Origin: a virus | Virus record (IMG/VR): IMGVR_UViG_3300035688_000002 | Coordinates: 1-64,000 of that record | DNA: 64,000 nucleotides | Reading direction: 5' to 3' (one strand) | Shown: piece after piece, positions 1-8,222 of the stretch | How positions within the stretch are numbered: position 1 is the stretch's first letter | How the letters are laid out: each line of letters opens with the position of its first letter | Position numbers and translations under genes: made by a program | Notes under the pieces: generated by a model | Database searches by the model: none | Seen by the model: only the letters and a program-made list of their open reading frames with translations | What the model was told of the DNA's origin: nothing

Positions 1-45
1 AAAATAATCGACTCTGTCTTGCATGATTCTCTCAGAATCTTCCAT
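1..45 (-). CDS. 5' part of a CDS running off the window edge (MEDSERIMQDRVDYF...)
   Basis: ATG at 45 preceded by a GGAGG RBS; frame open to the window edge. Confidence 0.5.
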   Translation of the reverse strand, partial: MEDSERIMQDRVDYF

Positions 46-78
46 GATTGCCTCCTAATCGATGATACATGGTTTTTC

Positions 79-297
79 CTACTTGTCCAGCCCCTTCTGC
101 AACTCTTCTACAGGCTCAGGGACTCGGGATGACTTTGTCTTCTTGGCAAAGACCATCTTTAACCCCATCAGTTTGAATGACCTCTCACATTTTGTTGCAG
201 AGGGGAAGGATTCATTCGAAGAAACAATGGACTTTCCGTCCCTAACCAAAACCCAGAAAAATCCGCCTTTTCTGTTTTTCTTGACTACATATTCCAC
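79..297 (-). CDS. small YegP/DUF1508-like protein
   Basis: Pattern K..KGGFFWVLV..GK.I.SS.ESF.S...C resembles DUF1508. Confidence 0.55.
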   Translation of the reverse strand: MEYVVKKNRKGGFFWVLVRDGKSIVSSNESFPSATKCERSFKLMGLKMVFAKKTKSSRVPEPVEELQKGLDK

Positions 298-308
298 CTT
301 TCACCTCT

Positions 309-1391
309 TTAAAGGAATTCCAGTGCCATTTCATGCCCCGCAATGCAGTGTTCTATAACCTCATTATAGAGGCACATCCCACACTTGGGGCAGAGCTGTG
401 GCAATATTTTATTGACTTTCTCTCTATGGGAGATTGACCCCCACCTCGATACAAGCTCTTTGAAGTTTGTGTAAGGCCCAAGATGTAGAGTCTCATCCCC
501 ACGTCTGTCTGCACAGAGATAGAAAATGCCATTAGCTGCCAAGACCCCGCTAATTGGTGTAACACAACATTTCTTAAATCTGACTACTTTTTCCCACTCT
601 CTCTCGAACTTCATAACAATACCATAAACATGAAAATTTACATCCTCAAAGTTCTTTCGCGCTTCTCTGAGATAGTATTCTGCTGTCTTCCTCACTCCCC
701 TTGTAAACCGATATTTTGGAATATAGGCGGGCCTATAGTGAATCTCATCGACACCAAGATTCTTTCCCAAATCCGCAAAGGCAAACATCTCCCCGTAATT
801 CAGATGATGAATCAGGAACTTCATAGTTATTCTGGGCTTCTTAGTCTCTCCTCTGTTCTCTACAAGCCACTTAACATTAGCTATGACTTTCTCAAAGGCG
901 TTTGCCGGAGCACGTTTGGCTTTGAGATAGGTATTGGCAGTTGCAGCATCAACAGAAATGCCGATCCAATCACAAAAGGAAAGGACTGCCTTCCGAAGAG
1001 TGGGTTTTGATAGTCCAACAGCGTTTGTCTTTAATCCTATCTGTAATTTAGCTTGACCACAGCCATTTATAAATTCTGTTATCTTAGGATGTAAGAGCGG
1101 CTCACCACCAGAGAGAAGTATGGCTTTCACGCCCCATTCAGCAACACTTTGGGGAATGGAAACAAACTCTCCATCAGGGATAGAAACTCCAAACTGACTG
1201 CGAAAATCCCTGTTTTTGCACCACTTACAATTCACAGTGCAGAGGTTGGTAGGATCGACTGTGAGCATCACTGGCGGAGGGAGTTCTCCATCACCCTCTA
1301 TCCAGCTTAAAATCTTTGTGAGATTCTCCCGCCAGGCTAGGATTTTCATTGCGTTAAAAGAGCTAAAAGGATGCAACGCTTCTTTCCACAT
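309..1391 (-). CDS. radical SAM protein with C-terminal SPASM/twitch-like domain
   Basis: CxxxCxxC (CTVNCKWC), SGGEPLLHP, C-terminal Cys cluster (KCC...LC...CPKCGMC). Confidence 0.9.
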   Translation of the reverse strand: MWKEALHPFSSFNAMKILAWRENLTKILSWIEGDGELPPPVMLTVDPTNLCTVNCKWCKNRDFRSQFGVSIPDGEFVSIPQSVAEWGVKAILLSGGEPLLHPKITEFINGCGQAKLQIGLKTNAVGLSKPTLRKAVLSFCDWIGISVDAATANTYLKAKRAPANAFEKVIANVKWLVENRGETKKPRITMKFLIHHLNYGEMFAFADLGKNLGVDEIHYRPAYIPKYRFTRGVRKTAEYYLREARKNFEDVNFHVYGIVMKFEREWEKVVRFKKCCVTPISGVLAANGIFYLCADRRGDETLHLGPYTNFKELVSRWGSISHREKVNKILPQLCPKCGMCLYNEVIEHCIAGHEMALEFL

Positions 1392-2345
1392 CTACCACCT
1401 CTGAATCGCGAGAGAATAATTTTCTCGAAACCAGCAAACAGTCTTTCCAATCCCGTCGTGTATTGATGTTGGTGGGTCCCACTCGAGATGCGTTTTCATT
1501 CTTGAAACATCAAAAACTTTGCGAAGCTGTCCGTCTGGCTTATCACTCTCCCAGACTATCTTTCCTTTAAACTCAGCCGCAGTACCAATGGTTTCGGCTA
1601 ACTCTTTTATAGAGGTGCCAATGCCGGTTCCTATGTTCAAAGGCTCTATTTCGTCATATTTTTCAGCGGCCAGAACTATCGCTTCAGCAGCGTCCCCAAC
1701 ATACAGAAACTCACGAATGGGAGCTCCTGTTCCCCAGCAGTGAACCTCTGGCTCATTCTTCATTGCAGCCTCGGCAAACTTACGGATTAGAGCTGCAACG
1801 ACATGGGAGCGCTCTGGGTTATAGGAATCCCATTCGCCATACAGATTGGCTAATAGAAGGTGAATGCCGTTAAATCCATACTGTTTCTTATATGCCTCAC
1901 ATTGAATCTGCATCATTTTCTTTGTCATTCCATAGCAACGAACACTTTCGTGACAAGGGCCATTCCAGAGACTGCCCTCCGAGAGAGTGCCTTCAAGATA
2001 CCCTGGATATGAGCAGGCCGTTCCTATGCCTATGAATTTCTTTGCGCCAACCTTGACACTCGCTTCTATGACATTTGCTCCCATGACCAGATTCTCAAAG
2101 TAAATCCTGGCAGGGTATTTGGCATTAATTCCCAAACCCCCATAATAGGCTGCTGCGTGAATGACTATATCAGGCTCGATATCGGAGAAGTAACGCAGGG
2201 TTTCCTTAAATTCAATGAGATTTGCTGTGCTAAAGCTTCTAGGGACAAAGACTGTTGCCCCTCTTTTTTCTAACAAAGCACGAATCCTTCTGCCAAGAAA
2301 ACCGCTCCCTCCTGTGAGAATGACCTTTGTCCCTTTAAGATTCAT
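1392..2345 (-). CDS. fcl: GDP-L-fucose synthase-like epimerase/reductase
   Basis: TGGSGFLG, HAAA..GG, ACSYP, YGMTK (YxxxK), SHV..ALIRKF, WGTG.P.REFLYV, KPDGQ.RK are characteristic of Fcl/WcaG. Confidence 0.9.
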   Translation of the reverse strand: MNLKGTKVILTGGSGFLGRRIRALLEKRGATVFVPRSFSTANLIEFKETLRYFSDIEPDIVIHAAAYYGGLGINAKYPARIYFENLVMGANVIEASVKVGAKKFIGIGTACSYPGYLEGTLSEGSLWNGPCHESVRCYGMTKKMMQIQCEAYKKQYGFNGIHLLLANLYGEWDSYNPERSHVVAALIRKFAEAAMKNEPEVHCWGTGAPIREFLYVGDAAEAIVLAAEKYDEIEPLNIGTGIGTSIKELAETIGTAAEFKGKIVWESDKPDGQLRKVFDVSRMKTHLEWDPPTSIHDGIGKTVCWFRENYSLAIQRW

Positions 2346-2356
2346 ATTTTTCTCCC

Positions 2357-3301
2357 TTACACATTGGAATACTGTGGTTTTAATTCAAAATCCTGGAATA
2401 AGGCAAGAAGCTGGGTTATTCCTTCCCCGAGCGAAACACTCGTTCTGAATCCAACCCGGTGAATCTTTGCATAGCTAACACCATAATCTCTCTTGTCCTC
2501 ATCGTGTCCTACATCTGCGTAATGGAGATAGAATTTTGTTCGCTTAGCCAGAGCTTCGGCTATCTCCTGCTTCGTCAGATTCAGTCCTTCAGAGCCAACA
2601 TTGAATGTCTCGCCTCTCATCCTCTCGTAATTCTGTAAGCCAAAAATGAAAGACAAGGCCATATCCACTACATGAATGAAAGTGCGTCTAAAGTGCCTCT
2701 CATAGACAATAAGATTGCGATCCCTGATGGCTCGGTAACAGAAATCATTGATAAGCAAATCAAGACGCAGTCTGGGGGACACCCCATAGCCAGTTGCAAA
2801 TCTATAAATGACGGTTTCTGAAAGTTCGGTTCTCATAAGTTTTTCAGCCTCAGCTTTAGTCATACCATAGATGGTTAGTGGATGAAGTGGGGTTTCCTCC
2901 ATGCACAATCCCTCAACATTGCCATAGACAGAGCCAGTAGAGGCAAACAAGAGTTTGGGAGAGGGATTCATTCGCCTGCAGGCGTTTGCCACAATGTTTG
3001 AACCTGCTGTGTTAATATCAAAGGCCCTCTTCTCGTCCTTCTTACATAGTGGGAAACCAACAAGACCTGCCAAGTGAATGACAGCATCACAACCACGCAT
3101 TGTAGCAATGACAGACTCTTGGTTGCGGACATCGCCTCTTACAAACTCAAATCCTTTACGGAGAAAACACCCAAAGAGAGGGTCAAGGCCATATTCAAGG
3201 CTATCGAAGACCCTCACTTTGTAGCCTTTATCCAGAAGAAGCGGAACTAAAACACTTCCTACGAATCCTGCACCGCCTGTAACCAACACTCGCTCACTCA
3301 A
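2357..3301 (-). CDS. NAD-dependent epimerase/dehydratase (extended SDR)
   Basis: VTGGAGFVGS, ASTGSVYG, YGMTK, RLDLLIN. Confidence 0.9.
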   Translation of the reverse strand: MSERVLVTGGAGFVGSVLVPLLLDKGYKVRVFDSLEYGLDPLFGCFLRKGFEFVRGDVRNQESVIATMRGCDAVIHLAGLVGFPLCKKDEKRAFDINTAGSNIVANACRRMNPSPKLLFASTGSVYGNVEGLCMEETPLHPLTIYGMTKAEAEKLMRTELSETVIYRFATGYGVSPRLRLDLLINDFCYRAIRDRNLIVYERHFRRTFIHVVDMALSFIFGLQNYERMRGETFNVGSEGLNLTKQEIAEALAKRTKFYLHYADVGHDEDKRDYGVSYAKIHRVGFRTSVSLGEGITQLLALFQDFELKPQYSNV

Positions 3302-4529
3302 TTTCCTCTCCCCAGTTAATCTCTCTAAAAATGGAGTTTCTCATCCCATCCCTGTAAAAAGAGGTGGGAGAGACTCCGGGTCCAATATACAGGTTATTAT
3401 TCTCTTCGGGATCGTCTCTCAGACAGTAAAGCTCCTCCCATTCGTCAGTTTTTGCTCCGTGGGCCGTGCTAAGAATGTATTTGTAATCATTTGTTACGAC
3501 GCCTCTTTTACCGGTATGAATAAATGGAGCAGGGCCACTAACTCTTCTTCTCTTATGAAATTTTCTCTCTCTCTTCATCTCCATAAAAGCCCGATTCCTT
3601 GAGCCATGCATAAGCAGGTTTCTTCCTTTGCCCCAATATCCCACTCGCAACAGAGTCGCTCCAACATCGACTATTGAACAGATTCCTTCATCCTCCCTGG
3701 ATTTGACTCCAGGATAATGAAGTAAAAGTGGTATCCTGACAACTGGCTCATATAAATTGTATCCGTGTCCTCCATACTGATGCTCCCAAAGTTCTTCCCC
3801 GTGATCCGAAAGGAAAACAACAGCAGTGTTCTCTAAGAACTTCCCTGCTTCCAAGAAAGCAAAAATCCTTCCCAGTTTCTTATCATATTGAGAGCAGGCA
3901 TCCTTATAGTAGGTTCTGACAAAATCCTGTCGTTGTGATTCAGAGAAAGCCACAGCTGATGTCTTTTCACCTTCTATTTTCTCATTCCTGACCGAGTTCT
4001 CACGCTTCCAGGGCCCGTAAGGCTCATGACAATCAAAATCCTGAGAGTAGAAGAACCACGCTGTCTTCTGATTACGAATATCATTCATTCCGCCTTCTAA
4101 GACAATCCCTGCAAAGACACTAACATCAAGATAAACCCAATCCCACTGCGAGACACAATGAAATCCATTTGCAAACCCGAATGCGCCTGATACCCACCCT
4201 CCTCCCATTTTAGCCATTGTGTAATAGCCCCACTCTTGAAGTACTGAGGGTAACCACCACCCTTTTTTAAGCTTAGGAGTGAAGAACTTTCGATGTTCCA
4301 TTAACACTCCGTCAAGCACACTCCTTGTAGCGTCTGAAACGCCAATATCTGTCGGATACCGTGATGTCAACAGAGAGGCGTTGGCTGCAAGCGTCCAGGG
4401 AGCGGTAGTATAAGCCCTATTAAATTTAATACAGTGTCTTCTGGCAAATTCATTGAGATTGGGCATAAGCTCAGAGTTATAAGCATGATCAGCTCTGAGT
4501 GAGTCAGTTATCATTAAAATTACATTCAT
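3294..4529 (-). CDS. sulfatase-like / alkaline phosphatase superfamily enzyme
   Basis: DSLRADH, APWT..A.ASLLT, HEPY, SDHGE, GHG, ELY.L..DP.E..N; Thr at the usual nucleophile position. Confidence 0.85.
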   Translation of the reverse strand: MNVILMITDSLRADHAYNSELMPNLNEFARRHCIKFNRAYTTAPWTLAANASLLTSRYPTDIGVSDATRSVLDGVLMEHRKFFTPKLKKGWWLPSVLQEWGYYTMAKMGGGWVSGAFGFANGFHCVSQWDWVYLDVSVFAGIVLEGGMNDIRNQKTAWFFYSQDFDCHEPYGPWKRENSVRNEKIEGEKTSAVAFSESQRQDFVRTYYKDACSQYDKKLGRIFAFLEAGKFLENTAVVFLSDHGEELWEHQYGGHGYNLYEPVVRIPLLLHYPGVKSREDEGICSIVDVGATLLRVGYWGKGRNLLMHGSRNRAFMEMKRERKFHKRRRVSGPAPFIHTGKRGVVTNDYKYILSTAHGAKTDEWEELYCLRDDPEENNNLYIGPGVSPTSFYRDGMRNSIFREINWGEEIE

Positions 4530-4535
4530 GCTGAT

Positions 4536-5096
4536 TTAGCCTTTTATTATCAATCCAATTCCCATCCAGTCTGGTTTGAAGGAGAAAAGAACCTTCAGAT
4601 AGCGACGCTCATCTCTCATTATTTCTCCCCAAAGCCTTTTTACTTCAACGGTGCTGGGATTCTGTTTATTTACGGTCATCGCATCATGGAAAGCAACAAT
4701 GTGCCTGGTTAGTGGCTCATACAGCCTGTAATCCTCCTTTACGGACTCATAAAGATGAGAGGCATCTATAAACAGAAGGTCAATTTGCCTCCCTTTTAGC
4801 CGCTCTTCCAACAGCATCACCGTCCCTGCATTATGGGAATCTCCCGCTATATCAGGGTTAAGATCTTTATGAATATCAATCCCAATGTGTTCAGCGTTCA
4901 AAATTCCCTCATAAAAGAGTTTCTGACGGTTCTTCTCTATCCCTATCTCTACCACTATCGGCTTTACGATGCCCCTGTTGCTAAAATACGCTCCCACAAA
5001 CTCAAGAAAGCCCCTCCATTCCTCTCTCTGCTGACTGGGAGCAAAAGAGTTAAAGAGCTTGTTAAATGTTTCAATATTTAGCATCAATATCCTCAC
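4536..5096 (-). CDS. class I SAM-dependent methyltransferase (Methyltransf_24-like)
   Basis: VEIGI, IGIDI, DLLFIDASH.YE.V..D, VAFHD. Confidence 0.8.
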   Translation of the reverse strand: MRILMLNIETFNKLFNSFAPSQQREEWRGFLEFVGAYFSNRGIVKPIVVEIGIEKNRQKLFYEGILNAEHIGIDIHKDLNPDIAGDSHNAGTVMLLEERLKGRQIDLLFIDASHLYESVKEDYRLYEPLTRHIVAFHDAMTVNKQNPSTVEVKRLWGEIMRDERRYLKVLFSFKPDWMGIGLIIKG

Positions 5097-5099
5097 TCT

Positions 5100-5846
5100 T
5101 TAAAATAGCTGGGGGTCATGAAGGTGCCTTTCACATTCACTCCTTATATCTGTCTCAGTAATATGATGGTGTTGCCAAGCCCATCTCCTCTCTAAGTTCT
5201 CCTTGCTTTGTCTGTCACGTTGATTCTTAATCCTCCTCTGCACTGCCATATCAGGGTCTGCCATCTGCCAATGAATTCCATCAAACCTTGTTTCTGAAAC
5301 CTGTATTTTGAGATTCTTCCGATAAGCGTGAAACCCCGGAACCCATTCAATTCCAACCTCAGGCTTTACAATGATTGGCTTCCTATACATAGCGTTTATG
5401 CCTCTGGTTCTATTTGGATCACCATGTCGACGTTGCCATATCGCTGGCGATGATGAGTCTAAGTCCTTATCATTAATGTGCCTATAAACCTGCCACATCC
5501 ACGCATAGAGAAGATTACCATCCGCCTGTCCCAGAGCTTCCCTCCATCCATCTCGGTTTCCCATTGGGAAAATAAGCTCATCAGCATCTGCATATATCAC
5601 CCAATCGCTCTTCAGACCCGAAACTGTCTTATTTATGTTCTCAGATTGTTGGAGACAGTTAAAGAGATTAGGATAGCGAAAATAATCAATTTTGACATTG
5701 GGATAGCGAGAGCAAATTTCGACCGTCTCATCATCCGTGTCAGCATCCACAATGACAAGAATCTCATTAGCAAATCTGTAATGACCAAGAAAAAATGGTG
5801 CTAAAAATGCCTCATTGTACCAAGCCGTAACAACAGTTATTTTCAC
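5100..5846 (-). CDS. glycosyltransferase, GT-A fold (family 2-like)
   Basis: YNE, DADTDD, WVIYADADE (DxD). Confidence 0.8.
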   Translation of the reverse strand: MKITVVTAWYNEAFLAPFFLGHYRFANEILVIVDADTDDETVEICSRYPNVKIDYFRYPNLFNCLQQSENINKTVSGLKSDWVIYADADELIFPMGNRDGWREALGQADGNLLYAWMWQVYRHINDKDLDSSSPAIWQRRHGDPNRTRGINAMYRKPIIVKPEVGIEWVPGFHAYRKNLKIQVSETRFDGIHWQMADPDMAVQRRIKNQRDRQSKENLERRWAWQHHHITETDIRSECERHLHDPQLF

Positions 5847-6781
5847 TTCGATGGTCGTTCTCCTTTATATCTTCCGCCAGGTTGCTCTCGTCTCTTCCAG
5901 CCATGCTTCATATCTGATCTCAAATCCTGACGATAATTGCCTGGATCCCAATTCTCTTTAGCTCTCTCCATCTCTTCGATTGTAAGCTTTTGGTCAAAAA
6001 GACTCACATCTTCATCTGAAAGACACGGAAGCCCGCGGTCTCTAAATAGTTGAAGGAGCCCCGAGGACATCTTCTCCTTTTTCTCGTTAATCTTCTCTCT
6101 CTCCATTGGAATAGCAAAACCGCAATGGCCACAATATCTATCAACCTGATCTCTGAACTCATCGGGGGTTTTGTTCCACCAACCGTGCTCAACAGGAAAA
6201 CCCCCTTCTCCATCAAGCACTAGGTCAAGGGCATAAGCGATTTCACAGAAAAAAGCTCCTTTGGGCCCTATTGTTGGACACCAGGTCCTTTGTGCCCAAC
6301 ACTCATCTATAAGTTTGTCCCGATATGTCTTATTCTCAACGACATCCTGGATAGCAATCGTGATTGGCTGATGGACACAAACATCCAACTGATGGAGGTC
6401 GTGTGGGTTATAGTTGATGTGGGAAAACGAATCTCTTATCACAGATAGACAGTCTTTGTATTTCTGCCCGCCCATCGTGAACAGTTGGGTTTTTGTCTTT
6501 AACCCTCGTTTCTTGATGAGATGGCAGATTTCAACAAATTGAGGGTGAATAGTTGGTTCACCACCTATTATTCCTATCAGTCCTGGCCATCCCTCAAGAG
6601 AGTCCAAGGCGCGTTCAACTTCCTCGAAGGACATGAAAAATTGCTGATCCTTACGAGTATGTCTAATATATCTGTCACAGTAGAGGCAAGCCTTGAGACA
6701 GACATTGGTAATGTCAATGTGACATAGATAGGATTCCCAAAGCGGTTTCATTTCTCCAACCTTCCAAAGTCCCTTCCCCAT
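5843..6781 (-). CDS. radical SAM protein
   Basis: ITNVCLKACLYC, GGEPTIHP, further Cys in the C-terminal half; true start may be 6751. Confidence 0.85.
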   Translation of the reverse strand: MGKGLWKVGEMKPLWESYLCHIDITNVCLKACLYCDRYIRHTRKDQQFFMSFEEVERALDSLEGWPGLIGIIGGEPTIHPQFVEICHLIKKRGLKTKTQLFTMGGQKYKDCLSVIRDSFSHINYNPHDLHQLDVCVHQPITIAIQDVVENKTYRDKLIDECWAQRTWCPTIGPKGAFFCEIAYALDLVLDGEGGFPVEHGWWNKTPDEFRDQVDRYCGHCGFAIPMEREKINEKKEKMSSGLLQLFRDRGLPCLSDEDVSLFDQKLTIEEMERAKENWDPGNYRQDLRSDMKHGWKRREQPGGRYKGERPSK

Positions 6782-7401
6782 AGCAACCCCCGTTGTGACC
6801 TTGCTAGGTAAACTCTTCGGTCTCTTTCTCGTACTTTATTTGCCAGTTTATATGTCAGGTCTTTGTCCCGATGATGTTCAACACTTATATCTTCCATAAA
6901 GTGAAATCTCTCGATCTTCTGTGCAAACATTCCCATCTCCGTATCAGAACCATAGTGAATGTAATCAGGACAGAAAACCTGATAATTTGGAAACTGATTT
7001 ATGAAGGCCTTTCCCATCAGACCAAAGGCAAACGGCGTGTTTTTTGGAGTAGAGAGCGTATTGAAGCCAATAAGACCCAATTTGTCTGGAAACTCATTCT
7101 CTAACCTATTCACAGCCTGTTTTATAAAACCTTTGGGAAAACAGAGGTCGTCTGAAGCATAAAGTGCTGCATCTGAGACAAAGGGCATAGCTCGGTTCAT
7201 TGAAAAGACATAGTCTCTCCTATACAGATTGAAGAGCAGTCCTACATCCATTTTCGCTACTGTTTCCAACAGCTTTTCATTCCCATCGGCTATAATCAAC
7301 ACTGAGAGGTTGGCATAGCCGTTCTCTAACAGTGAGAGAATAGCTTGTTGGAGGCTCTCAATGCGAGCGTGTGATGCAATAACAGCAGTAACGTGTGTCA
7401 C
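6748..7401 (-). CDS. glycosyltransferase family 2-like
   Basis: IIADG, YASDD, Y.HYGSD.E, VEH. Confidence 0.7.
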   Translation of the reverse strand: MTHVTAVIASHARIESLQQAILSLLENGYANLSVLIIADGNEKLLETVAKMDVGLLFNLYRRDYVFSMNRAMPFVSDAALYASDDLCFPKGFIKQAVNRLENEFPDKLGLIGFNTLSTPKNTPFAFGLMGKAFINQFPNYQVFCPDYIHYGSDTEMGMFAQKIERFHFMEDISVEHHRDKDLTYKLANKVRERDRRVYLARSQRGLLWGRDFGRLEK

Positions 7402-8222
7402 TTAGCCTCCAATGCCCCACCGATTCCCCACAGTTTCTGTCTGATAGGCTCTATAGTCTCTGGGTGTTCGCCCGTATAAGACACGACACCCGATACGTTA
7501 AACACCTTTGCCCATTCTGGTTCTGCCTTTTCCCTACAAAATCTCTCCCATTCAGTAACCCCATAGCCTGTCTTCCTGAAATCCCCTCGCTCTACATAGT
7601 AACGGAGCTTCCAGAATTTCTTCTCTTTCGAGACTGCATGTCCATAGTGATGGAAAGTCACATCATTAAGATACATACGTGTTGGGCTGAGAGCGTGAGT
7701 CCATTCAGAAACTCCAGGAATTCCTACACGGTTGTGCGTTATGTGTGTCATCCCACCACAAAGCCGCCAGGCTGAAATCTCCCTTGGCCTGCTCCATGCC
7801 CCGCCTGTAATAATATGTTTGTCGTCCCTCCAAAAGTGAATACAATTGTAAGCTAGAGCAAGACAAGTCTGGGGGAGGCTTTTCATATGACTTGAAAGAC
7901 GCTTAATATTTTCTTCTGACCACATCTCATCAGCGTCTTGAAGTACACACCAAGAGTTAATATCTCTTGGCATGAGAGACAGATAAGCTCTTCTCTGAAT
8001 AACCTTATGATCTGTCTGTCCAGCCTCATTCCTAAAAGTCCCGCTAATAACCTGCACTTTGACTCCAATTCTTCTGGCTATCTCTGCCGTTCTGTCTGTA
8101 GATGCACCCCAAGGGGAACCATCCATGACAAAAATACGATCAGCACGGTCATAAACACTCCTAATAGCTGCGTCTATAAAAACTTCCTCATTGTAAGCAA
8201 TCATGCCCACATAAAGTTTCAT
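7398..8222 (-). CDS. glycosyltransferase family 2
   Basis: MIAYNEE, DGS...STDRT, DADE, HHYG. Confidence 0.85.
   Translation of the reverse strand: MKLYVGMIAYNEEVFIDAAIRSVYDRADRIFVMDGSPWGASTDRTAEIARRIGVKVQVISGTFRNEAGQTDHKVIQRRAYLSLMPRDINSWCVLQDADEMWSEENIKRLSSHMKSLPQTCLALAYNCIHFWRDDKHIITGGAWSRPREISAWRLCGGMTHITHNRVGIPGVSEWTHALSPTRMYLNDVTFHHYGHAVSKEKKFWKLRYYVERGDFRKTGYGVTEWERFCREKAEPEWAKVFNVSGVVSYTGEHPETIEPIRQKLWGIGGALEAK

Noticed and set aside
309-6781. Radical SAM genes as anaerobic sulfatase maturases
   Set aside because: The sulfatase-like protein lacks the Cys/Ser-x-Pro-x-Arg substrate motif
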